Positions 7,069 to 14,993 of a DNA stretch of 25,119 nucleotides are shown one piece after another. The DNA comes from a virus (Duplodnaviria > Caudoviricetes). The stretch spans positions 1 to 25,119 of the IMG/VR virus record IMGVR_UViG_3300028586_000432; one strand, given 5' to 3'. The notes beneath the pieces were generated by a model. The model saw nothing but the letters and a program-made list of their open reading frames with translations. It searched no databases and was not told the DNA's origin. The position numbers and the translations under genes were made by a program. Every line of letters begins with the position of its first letter. The first letter of the stretch is position 1.

Positions 7069-7419
7069 TCAATGATGGATTAGTTTGGCGATTTTGTCCA
7101 TGTTGGCGATGATGAGCCAGACCCCGCCGGTCAGGGCGGAGAGTACTGCGCCAACGGTCAGCACTCGTTTCTTAAAGTCTTTGTATTCGGCCGCGAAGCC
7201 TTTCATTTCGGCGAAGTCAAAGCCCTTCATGGTGTCCATAAAGGAGGCTAATTCGGCTAGCTGGTCGATGACGCCCTTGCGCTTCCAAGCGATATCGCCC
7301 TGCATCACATCGAGAATCTTGTCGTGCGTCTTGCTCATTAAATCGAGCTTGCGCTCCATACTATCCAGCCGCTCGCGCTCGCGTCGTATTTCGTCGCGTA
7401 GGGAGTCGAAGTCGGTCAC
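7069..7419 (-). CDS. Coiled-coil protein with C-terminal TM (XhlA/holin-like)
   Basis: Charged N-terminal heptads and a single C-terminal TM; first gene of the lysis cassette. Confidence 0.7.
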   Translation of the reverse strand: MTDFDSLRDEIRRERERLDSMERKLDLMSKTHDKILDVMQGDIAWKRKGVIDQLAELASFMDTMKGFDFAEMKGFAAEYKDFKKRVLTVGAVLSALTGGVWLIIANMDKIAKLIHH

Positions 7420-7446
7420 AGGGTAGGGTAGAAAGAAGGGGTGGGG

Positions 7447-7707
7447 TTAGGCAGGCAACGCATCACGTTCCCGCTCCAGCGTAGTAATGGCGTGCTGCGT
7501 CGCATCCAATTCCCGGTGCAGGCAGTTGATTTCGGACTGAATGCTAGCTCTGGTCGGGGCCGGCAGGGTCCACTTCTCCATTGCGGTTTCCACGGCCCCA
7601 ATGGCGCGGGGTGGCGCGGCGGGGCGGGCGGCGTTGGTAATGGCGCGGGCCACGTAGTCGCGTTGGGTAGCGAAGGGGTCAGGTAGTAGCGCGGGGGGCG
7701 TATCCAT
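7447..7707 (-). CDS. Small coiled-coil hypothetical protein
   Basis: Co-oriented; Pro-rich N-terminus then heptads IQSEINCLHRELDATQHAITTLE. Confidence 0.6.
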   Translation of the reverse strand: MDTPPALLPDPFATQRDYVARAITNAARPAAPPRAIGAVETAMEKWTLPAPTRASIQSEINCLHRELDATQHAITTLERERDALPA

Positions 7708-7909
7708 TTTTGAGTAAGTCAGCGAGTTGTTTTTCTAGCTCGGTCAGGTAGTTGTCGTAGCCTCGCCTCAAGCTTTGCACGCGCCGTATCTCTGTTTGGA
7801 GGTAGTTGTAGCGGGCCAGAGCTTCGCCTTCGAGTACCGGCGGGCTACGCGGGGCCGTGTACCCGTGCGCCATGCCGGGCGGGGGCCAGGGTGGGGTCTC
7901 GTCAGGCAT
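7679..7909 (-). CDS. Small coiled-coil hypothetical protein
   Basis: Starts 4 nt after the previous stop; heptads LQTEIRRVQSLRRGYDNYLTELEKQL. Confidence 0.65.
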   Translation of the reverse strand: MPDETPPWPPPGMAHGYTAPRSPPVLEGEALARYNYLQTEIRRVQSLRRGYDNYLTELEKQLADLLKNGYAPRATT

Positions 7910-7913
7910 GGGG

Positions 7914-9059
7914 CTAGGAGCGGGGCGTGCGGCGAATCTGAAAGGTGTTTAGGTAGTCGATATCCTGCTGAAATAGCTCCCCATCCGCATTGATGAGGAT
8001 GGTGGGCAGGTAGGGACACTGTTGCTGGTGGCAGTAGTCGATAACTGCCTGCACCTGTGCGCGGGGGTGTTGGTCAAGACTTGCCCCAGGGAAGAGGTAA
8101 AACCTGTCGTAAGGCGCATCGCAGAGTTCTTTTGCCAGGTAGTACTGCTGCCCGCGATAGGTATAGTATGGGGTGTCTGGGAACCTCTTGTTCCCATATT
8201 TATAGAAGTACTCTTCCATGCTGACCACGTGCCCAGGGCCCAGCTCATCCGGTCGGCCCATGCAGTTGATGACGACAGTCGCCTTTTCATTGACGCTCAT
8301 AATGGCGTTGAAATACTTCTGCCGGGCCCACTCGGGAATCATGTTCTCCGGCAACGGGCCGCCGTAGTCGAGCCACAGAATGTCTATGCCGTAGCGGTAC
8401 ATATCCTCCTGCATCTTGCGGGCCCAGAAGTCAACGCTCGCCTCCTGCACGTCTAGCGGCACGCCGACGACCCCATTGGTAAAGCCCGTGACCGAATTAG
8501 TCAGGAAGGTGTAGCCATCGCAGTTCACGAGGTCGTTGACCGTGTTGTAATACAGGCCGAGCCGAATGCCCCGCTGTTTACACCCCGCGCTAAGCCGGTC
8601 GAGCATGTATTGGTCGGCTTTCGGGCTCTGCTGCACGCCGTAGCCGTCGGGGTAGGCGGGCGTTAGAAAGGTGCGGCCGTTGGGGCGGGTCGGAATCTGA
8701 CGCGGCGTCAAATTGATTTTGACGTTGGTTCGCGTTAGGTCGTAACACCATTCCGTGCGGGCGCAGAAGATGAGGTAGTCTACCTGGCTGTTCACGGCGG
8801 CATCCAGCAGCGCGTCCACGTTCAGCCGGGCAAGGTCAAATAGGTCGGGTCGAGGCGGCTGCCGGTTGGCGTAGTCATTGCCTCCGTTGTGGAACTTGTC
8901 GTAGTCGCCAAAGTCCACCCCCACGTTGAACCCCACGTACCAGCCATACTGCATGGCTTGGTAAGAGTCAGCATTTTGGTTAGGGCCCGTTGGGGGCAAG
9001 AACTCCCCCTTTTCGATGAGCGTGGCCGAATAGGGCTCGTAGGCTGCGATAATACTCAT
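7914..9059 (-). CDS. Divergent GH29 (alpha-L-fucosidase-like) TIM-barrel protein
   Basis: LNVDALLDAAVNSQVDYLIF, MLDRLSAGCKQRGIRLGLYY and RYGIDILWLD follow the GH29 motif order. Confidence 0.7.
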   Translation of the reverse strand: MSIIAAYEPYSATLIEKGEFLPPTGPNQNADSYQAMQYGWYVGFNVGVDFGDYDKFHNGGNDYANRQPPRPDLFDLARLNVDALLDAAVNSQVDYLIFCARTEWCYDLTRTNVKINLTPRQIPTRPNGRTFLTPAYPDGYGVQQSPKADQYMLDRLSAGCKQRGIRLGLYYNTVNDLVNCDGYTFLTNSVTGFTNGVVGVPLDVQEASVDFWARKMQEDMYRYGIDILWLDYGGPLPENMIPEWARQKYFNAIMSVNEKATVVINCMGRPDELGPGHVVSMEEYFYKYGNKRFPDTPYYTYRGQQYYLAKELCDAPYDRFYLFPGASLDQHPRAQVQAVIDYCHQQQCPYLPTILINADGELFQQDIDYLNTFQIRRTPRS

Positions 9060-9061
9060 AG

Positions 9062-10339
9062 CTAGGCGGGGTAGTAGTGAGCAGCCGCAGCCGTGCCGTT
9101 ATGGGTGCCGCGCAAGCTGTTGGTGTTGTGCTCGAAGCGGTAGGCATCAATCAGGTTCGCATAAGCCGTGGTGGCGGGCAGGTTCTCGCGCTTGGCGCGG
9201 GCGTCGTCAATCTCATCCAGCGAGAGCAGCTTGTTGTAAATACCAATCCCCTGTATGCGCTCCCCGTGGGTGAGGCTGGACCCCGATTGACCAATCTTGA
9301 ATACCTGGTCGGTTGGCAAGGAGGTGACGTTGCCCTGTGCGCTAAAGAGTACCCCGCGGGTCGTGCCCCCGATGGTAATGCTAAAGCTGCCCATTCCATC
9401 GTGCGAGAAGCTGATGTCGTAGGGCTTATTCAGCAAGTCAGCTAAGTCGTAGCCTTCAATGTAGATGTAGTTGCCGGGCGACTGCTGAAGCACCATGCTG
9501 CACTGCCCTGGTGACCCGCCGGAATTAGGATAAACCTGTATCGTGTAGACTTGCTGGCCTGTTGACTTGGAGGTGGTGCCCGCAAAAAATTCGGCATCCG
9601 CAACAAGGTGCTCCAGGCCAAAGAGAATAATGGTCCAGGGCTGCGAGGCTGAGAAAGCAAAATCCGGGCTGTCAACCACCACGACTGAATCCGTATTTTT
9701 GGCCGTGGGGTATTCTAGCGAGGTCAGGGGCGCACTAACGGGGCAGACAATGGCCGATAGCGCCGCTTGCCTAGCCATATTGTCGGCTTCGGCCTGGCTG
9801 CTGGTGCTGCTGCCCGATTTGGTCACGGCAGCCCCCGTAGTGCCAGCGCCGCAGCGGTTGGTGTAGTCGGTGGTCGTTGTGGTGTAGCTGCCGGTGTAGA
9901 GCGTATTGCCCTGCGCTGTCTTGGGCAAGTTCACGATGCGGCACACGGGCATTAGACCGGTGTAGAAAAAGTGCAGCTCGCAGTCGGCGTTCTGGTTGTA
10001 GGCCCCCACGCGAAGGAATACCGTCTCGTCCAGGGCAATCGTATAGCTAGGGTTCGTGCGGATGGCCACCACGTACTCTGCTGGCTTAACTGCGCTGGCG
10101 GGGTCCAGGGTAAATACCAGGTTGTCGGCTTGCGCCACCTCGCTGAACTGCTTCGGCTTTTTGAAGTCAATGACCTGCGTAAACGGCACGGTAGAGAAGC
10201 CCCCACCAGCTTGCTGGTCGGCATAATCCAGGGCCGCGTCGAGCCCGTCCGCTATCGCTTTGCGCGTGACACTGCCAGCGGCGGTCTTGTTGCGAATATT
10301 GGTGGCGTTGAGCGCCTTGAGTGCTGCGTTAGTAGCCAT
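9062..10339 (-). CDS. Tail-associated protein with DUF5977-like motif and C-terminal LamG/ConA-like domain
   Basis: YTNRCGAGTTGAAVTKSGSSTSSQAEADNMARQAALSAIVC (DUF5977-like); FKIG...IQGIGIYNKLLSLDEI...LIDAYRFE (LamG-like). Confidence 0.75.
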   Translation of the reverse strand: MATNAALKALNATNIRNKTAAGSVTRKAIADGLDAALDYADQQAGGGFSTVPFTQVIDFKKPKQFSEVAQADNLVFTLDPASAVKPAEYVVAIRTNPSYTIALDETVFLRVGAYNQNADCELHFFYTGLMPVCRIVNLPKTAQGNTLYTGSYTTTTTDYTNRCGAGTTGAAVTKSGSSTSSQAEADNMARQAALSAIVCPVSAPLTSLEYPTAKNTDSVVVVDSPDFAFSASQPWTIILFGLEHLVADAEFFAGTTSKSTGQQVYTIQVYPNSGGSPGQCSMVLQQSPGNYIYIEGYDLADLLNKPYDISFSHDGMGSFSITIGGTTRGVLFSAQGNVTSLPTDQVFKIGQSGSSLTHGERIQGIGIYNKLLSLDEIDDARAKRENLPATTAYANLIDAYRFEHNTNSLRGTHNGTAAAAHYYPA

Positions 10340-10518
10340 TATTCAAATTGGTCTTCAAACTGGTCTTCAAAAATTCCGGTGGTGGGAGCGGGCTGGACCA
10401 CCGCCCCATAAGGGCCATAGGCTTGCGAATAGACAGGGGTGTACACAGGCCCTGTGCCAGCGGCTGGCGTGCCGTAGGTGCCGTAGCCTTGATTTGGGGC
10501 GGGGGTCGTGTCTGCCAT
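10339..10518 (-). CDS. Small structural-type protein (59 aa) ending IFEDQFEDQFE
   Basis: Not in the ORF track. Fills the gap exactly, with TAATG stop/start overlaps at both ends. Confidence 0.8.
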   Translation of the reverse strand: MADTTPAPNQGYGTYGTPAAGTGPVYTPVYSQAYGPYGAVVQPAPTTGIFEDQFEDQFE

Positions 10519-12020
10519 TAGGATTTGTAGTAAGACTGCACAATCACATCCCAGCTGCCCGGCGAATTAGCTAGGGTGGCGTTCACGGCCGAAGCGTAGA
10601 GGATGGTGCCGGCCGGTAGCTCGGCAATAGAAGTGGGCACGCCGGCCAGTAGATTACCAAGGCCGGGCAAAGCGGTAAGCAGGAAGTTTTTGCTGTACAC
10701 CTCCGAGCCGCCCGGCGTGGTGCCCACCTTCACGGTCACGTTCAGCCCGAGCGTCGGGGCCGTTTTCATGGAGAGAAACACCTGAATGACCTGCGCCTTG
10801 CGCCCTTGGGGCGTCGGGTCAGTGAGAGGGCCGGGGCCGAGGGAGACTGCGGCAGAGCCGAAGCCATAGGCCGCCCGAACCGGACTGTTAAGGCCGCCGT
10901 AGGTCTGGCTGAAGCGCGGTGCGGCGGGGCCGGTAGTGGCGTCGGGCACCATAATAGAGCCGGTAGCCGTGTCGCCCGAGCGCAATAGGCGGGTTTGCAC
11001 ATCGGCTTCTACCGTGGCAACTCTCGTGGTAGTAGCTCGCAGCGAAATGGCCGTGGCATTCGCGGCCACGTTGCTATTAGTGGTTGCTAGGTCGCTTGCC
11101 AGGGCCCTCGTGCCGAGGGCCGCATTAAGCGCCATGACGCCGCTCGTTGGGTTGTTAACCAGGGTTTCAACACTACCCACCCGCAAGGTGAGCGCCTGCG
11201 CTACGTTGGCCGTATTGAGGTCGAGCGTTGCTAGCTCCTGCAACGTGTCGTAGGCGGCGCCGGCCCCGCCAAGTAGCTCCGTTTTTACGTCCTGCTTGGC
11301 TTGGGTAATCGTGGCGGGGATGGCTGCTACTGTGCCCTGTAGGGTGGTTAAGTCTGCGGTGGTAGCCTTCGTGCCCACGGTGGCGGTGAGCGTGCTTAGG
11401 TCGGTGGTAGTGGCCTTGGTGCTAAGGGTGGTACCTAGGGCTGCTAAACCAGTGGCCGGGTCGTTGACCGTATTGCGCAACGTGGTTAGTTGCCCCGAGA
11501 TGGCACTTACCGTGGCGGCCGGCGCTTTCAGGTCCACATCGGTGCGGAGCGTGGTGAGTTGGTTGCCTAGCGTGGTTTGCCCAGCGAGCAGGTTAGCAAG
11601 CAGCCCGCCATCGGTCGCGAGTAAGTCTTGGGCCGCTTTAATGGCGTTGGTCTGCGTGGCGTCCAACTCGTAGTTGGCCTGAAACTGCTGCACCACGTAG
11701 GTGGTATCGGCTTTACCCGCGACGGTGCTAGTCAGCGCCGTAACATTTTGGCGCACCGTGGCCAAGCTATCGGCGCTGGCTTTGGTGTTAAGCAGGCCCG
11801 TCAACTGCTCAATCGTGCCGAGCAACTCCGTGATGCGCTGCGTTTGCTGGCCAATGGCGGCGTCGGCCTGCTGCTGGTAGGCTCGAAACCACATGAGGAG
11901 TTGCGCCGTGTTGGGCGGGTCTACGATGTTGCCGGATTCATCCACGAAGGGCGTGCCTTTAGCTTCTTCGACCGAGGCCGTGAGAGCAGGGGCAAGGGCG
12001 GGGTGTACAGTAGTAGCCAT
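10518..12020 (-). CDS. Coiled-coil tail fibre protein (500 aa)
   Basis: Thr/Ala-rich heptads, repeated TKATTxDL, AAYDTLQELA fibre motif, C-terminal beta domain. Start at 12020 lies 1 nt after the upstream stop. Confidence 0.8.
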   Translation of the reverse strand: MATTVHPALAPALTASVEEAKGTPFVDESGNIVDPPNTAQLLMWFRAYQQQADAAIGQQTQRITELLGTIEQLTGLLNTKASADSLATVRQNVTALTSTVAGKADTTYVVQQFQANYELDATQTNAIKAAQDLLATDGGLLANLLAGQTTLGNQLTTLRTDVDLKAPAATVSAISGQLTTLRNTVNDPATGLAALGTTLSTKATTTDLSTLTATVGTKATTADLTTLQGTVAAIPATITQAKQDVKTELLGGAGAAYDTLQELATLDLNTANVAQALTLRVGSVETLVNNPTSGVMALNAALGTRALASDLATTNSNVAANATAISLRATTTRVATVEADVQTRLLRSGDTATGSIMVPDATTGPAAPRFSQTYGGLNSPVRAAYGFGSAAVSLGPGPLTDPTPQGRKAQVIQVFLSMKTAPTLGLNVTVKVGTTPGGSEVYSKNFLLTALPGLGNLLAGVPTSIAELPAGTILYASAVNATLANSPGSWDVIVQSYYKS

Positions 12021-12021
12021 G

Positions 12022-13398
12022 CTATGCAGTTTTACCAATTCGAGTCCAACCGGAAGTGCCATCATTGCGGCGGCTGTAGCGACAGCGCCACGCGAAGCCG
12101 TTGGCGTCGCGCTTATCGAACTCATCCATCGTGACCACATCGGCCGAGCCCACTAGGATGGTGCTATTCTGCCCGGCTTGCGCGGGGGGCGCCCCTGCGG
12201 CTTGCAGGGCTGCGCTGCCGTAAGCGGTTAAGTCGCCATCTACCCACGTATTCGAGAGGTCGAGCACGGCGTTCGTAATAGCGGAATTATCGCCCACCGC
12301 AAAGGGGTCGCGGGCCGTGCCTGTGCCAGGGGTAGCCGAGCTGCCGCCTGCTACTAGCACCCAATTGGCATTGGCCTCGTCAAGCGTGCCCAGCTGCGTT
12401 GGCGGGCCTAACCACTTGTATTGCTTGCCACCTAGGAAGTACAACCGGTCGGTTACTACCCACTGCTTGGCCGTATCGGTGCCCACAAACGGCATGGGCA
12501 CGCCGGGCGGTTGCACCACGACCGTACCAGCACTGAGCGGGCCGGTAATGCTGGAGGAGCCAGACAGGTAGATGACCTGGCGCCCGGTTCCCTTGGTGCC
12601 GGCTGTGGCCTGCGTATTATGCAGCACGGCGCCGAGCGGGCGCGGGTTGGAGCCGCCTTGCGCCAGCGGGTAACCGATTTCGCAGTTGTAGAAAAGGGCG
12701 CAGTCGGCCGGGCTGGGAAACGCGGACGCTGGGAGCGAAGGCGTGTGGTAGAGCTGCACCGTGGCCTTAGCGGTGCTGGGGTCATCTGGTAGAAACTTGG
12801 TGTCGTGCACCTGTGAGCCCTGGCCCACAGCAAAGAGGCCGGGGACCGTTTGCCCATTTCCCCCATCGACCGCCACCGCTTCGTTCAACGTGATGACCGC
12901 GCCGTTGCCGAAAAAGGAGGCGCCGATTGATAGCGCCGGCTGGTCCACCTGCGCCCGGGCCGTATTGGCCAGCGTCGTCGTACTGCTGGCTAGGGCGGCC
13001 TCTATGTCGTCATAGCCGGTTGGTGGCTGTCCATCCGCCAACCCTACCCAGGGCTTACGCTGGTCGAGCGCGGCAAGCGATGCGTTGAGTAGTCGGTTCG
13101 TGGGCGCGCCATCCGTCTGCGTGCCCAGGCTGTCGTAGAGCTTGCCGGTGCCGGGGGTACTGGGGCCACCGGATTTCGCAACTAAGCCATTGTCCGACAA
13201 GTCACTTTCCAGCCACCAGTACTCTTGTCCAGCTACGTTGACCGTGCGATTACGGCGAAACGCCTGGGGCACGGCCGCGCATGCGTCTGCAAGGCTCGCG
13301 TAGGACGTGCCATCTGTTTGCGCGTAGAAGGCGTCTGCCGGGCCGCCTAGGGCATTGCGATAGCCACCCGGCAGGGTGGTGCCGATGCTATTGGCCAT
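12022..13398 (-). CDS. Minor tail/fibre protein (458 aa)
   Basis: Gly/Thr/Pro-rich modular protein; KLYDSLGTQTDGAPT motif typical of fibres; operon position. Confidence 0.75.
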   Translation of the reverse strand: MANSIGTTLPGGYRNALGGPADAFYAQTDGTSYASLADACAAVPQAFRRNRTVNVAGQEYWWLESDLSDNGLVAKSGGPSTPGTGKLYDSLGTQTDGAPTNRLLNASLAALDQRKPWVGLADGQPPTGYDDIEAALASSTTTLANTARAQVDQPALSIGASFFGNGAVITLNEAVAVDGGNGQTVPGLFAVGQGSQVHDTKFLPDDPSTAKATVQLYHTPSLPASAFPSPADCALFYNCEIGYPLAQGGSNPRPLGAVLHNTQATAGTKGTGRQVIYLSGSSSITGPLSAGTVVVQPPGVPMPFVGTDTAKQWVVTDRLYFLGGKQYKWLGPPTQLGTLDEANANWVLVAGGSSATPGTGTARDPFAVGDNSAITNAVLDLSNTWVDGDLTAYGSAALQAAGAPPAQAGQNSTILVGSADVVTMDEFDKRDANGFAWRCRYSRRNDGTSGWTRIGKTA

Positions 13399-14923
13399 AA
13401 GTGAACTGGTGGCGGGCGTTGGCCGGGTAAGGGCCAGCAGCGCGGTAGAGGTAAATCGGGCGGGCTTGCGTTGTGCCGCCCGCGTCAGCCACGGCCAAGT
13501 CGGCCTGCTTCACGTAGGCGGCCGTGATGTTGGCCCCTTGGTTGTCGAGGTCGAACACGCTTAGCAGGCGCTGGCCGGGCGGCGGGGCGATGATAAAATC
13601 TTTGGCTGTCGTGCCCGTATTTAGCGTGCCCTGGTTTCCGGCCGTGGTGAGCTGCGAAGGCAAGGCACGAATAGCGGCGGAGGTCGTTGGCGGGCCACTG
13701 GCGGGGCCGAAGAAAACCAAGTAGTAGCCGATGATAGCCACCGTATTGCTGCCTAGGTTGCTCTCCGCAGCCTGGGGCGCATTAGGGTTGCGCACGCCAG
13801 GGGTGCGGGTGTCGGGGGTGTTGCCAGGGGTGATGTTCTTGGCGGTGCCCGCTGCGTAGCTCACCAAGCCTTGGTAGACTATCGGGGTCAGGGTGCGCAC
13901 CACGTTGGAGTTGCGGCTGAAGGGGGAGGTCGTGCCAGCGGTGCTGATGCGTACCCCGTCTTTGTTAATTTGGTCGCTGGTGAGCGCGCCCGCGTCGCCC
14001 TGGTTAAATGTGAGGGTAAGCGTATTGGCTACCGACTCGCCTACTTCGCCATCCTGGGGGGCGGATTGCACGAGGCTAGCGTTAGCGGTGGCGTAGGCGG
14101 GGAAGATGGTATCTATCGCTGCGAGCAGGATAACCTCGTTAGCCGTTTTGCCCTTAGCTGGGATAACCTGGCCGTTCTGGTACTTGCCGAACGTGCGGCC
14201 CCCGCTTTGAGAAACCGGAATGTCGTCAGTGAACAAGGCGCCGCCGGTACCGCCCGGCGTGCTGCCCATTGAGGGCGCGGCGGCGGGCTTCCAGTAGTCA
14301 TCTTCTACGCCCGTAAAGGCTGGAAACGGACCGCCTACTTGCTTGGCGGTGGCGAACTGGTCCGCCCCGTTGATGTTCCAGATGCTTAGCTCACCCAGGG
14401 CCCAATCATTGATGCTGGCCGGGCTGGTGTCGCGCCGTACGTAGCCGTAGCGGGCCTCATCCGAATCAACGGGCACGAACTTGGCCGGGATTAACTCGCC
14501 CGGCTTAAAGCTGCCATCTACGTACACGTAGCCCTTGGGCGTGGCGCTCGGGTCAAACACAGCCACCAGCACCTGATTCGTGGTGCGGGGCTTGGCGGGG
14601 TCCGGCTGGTAGAACTCGATTAACACCTTGGTCTGCACGCAGCAGGTGGCGTAATCCAGGTCCTCGAAGGATTCACCAAAACCACCGTTAGCTGCGATTT
14701 CCGTCCGCGTCAGCAGCCGGAATGCCTTGAGTAAGCTAGGGGCTTGGTTAGGCGGGAGCGCCCCGCCTAATAGGCTCTTTAGTTGCTCGTAGGTAAGTGC
14801 TACGTTAACCAGCCCGCCGCCGGGACCAATGGGCAATTCCCACTCCATGAGCCCCCCCGCCATGTCAACGCTGGGGGTCTGAACGCGGGGTAGGTCCGAA
14901 ATGAAGTAGCCTTGTCCAGCCAT
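13388..14923 (-). CDS. Minor tail structural protein (511 aa)
   Basis: Beta-rich; operon position. ATG at 14923 chosen from the promoter geometry. Confidence 0.75.
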   Translation of the reverse strand: MAGQGYFISDLPRVQTPSVDMAGGLMEWELPIGPGGGLVNVALTYEQLKSLLGGALPPNQAPSLLKAFRLLTRTEIAANGGFGESFEDLDYATCCVQTKVLIEFYQPDPAKPRTTNQVLVAVFDPSATPKGYVYVDGSFKPGELIPAKFVPVDSDEARYGYVRRDTSPASINDWALGELSIWNINGADQFATAKQVGGPFPAFTGVEDDYWKPAAAPSMGSTPGGTGGALFTDDIPVSQSGGRTFGKYQNGQVIPAKGKTANEVILLAAIDTIFPAYATANASLVQSAPQDGEVGESVANTLTLTFNQGDAGALTSDQINKDGVRISTAGTTSPFSRNSNVVRTLTPIVYQGLVSYAAGTAKNITPGNTPDTRTPGVRNPNAPQAAESNLGSNTVAIIGYYLVFFGPASGPPTTSAAIRALPSQLTTAGNQGTLNTGTTAKDFIIAPPPGQRLLSVFDLDNQGANITAAYVKQADLAVADAGGTTQARPIYLYRAAGPYPANARHQFTYGQ

Positions 14924-14971
14924 GCCCCAAAGTTGCCGGGGCACTCTAGGCGCGACCGTACCCCCAGGCCC

Positions 14972-14993
14972 TTACCCGTTGACAACCCCCGTT
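14972..14993 (-). promoter_or_regulatory. 22-bp repeat copy 1 (ttacccgttgacaacccccgtt), candidate late-promoter/activator site
   Basis: Identical to 18298-18319; 48 nt upstream of ATG 14923. Confidence 0.65.
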
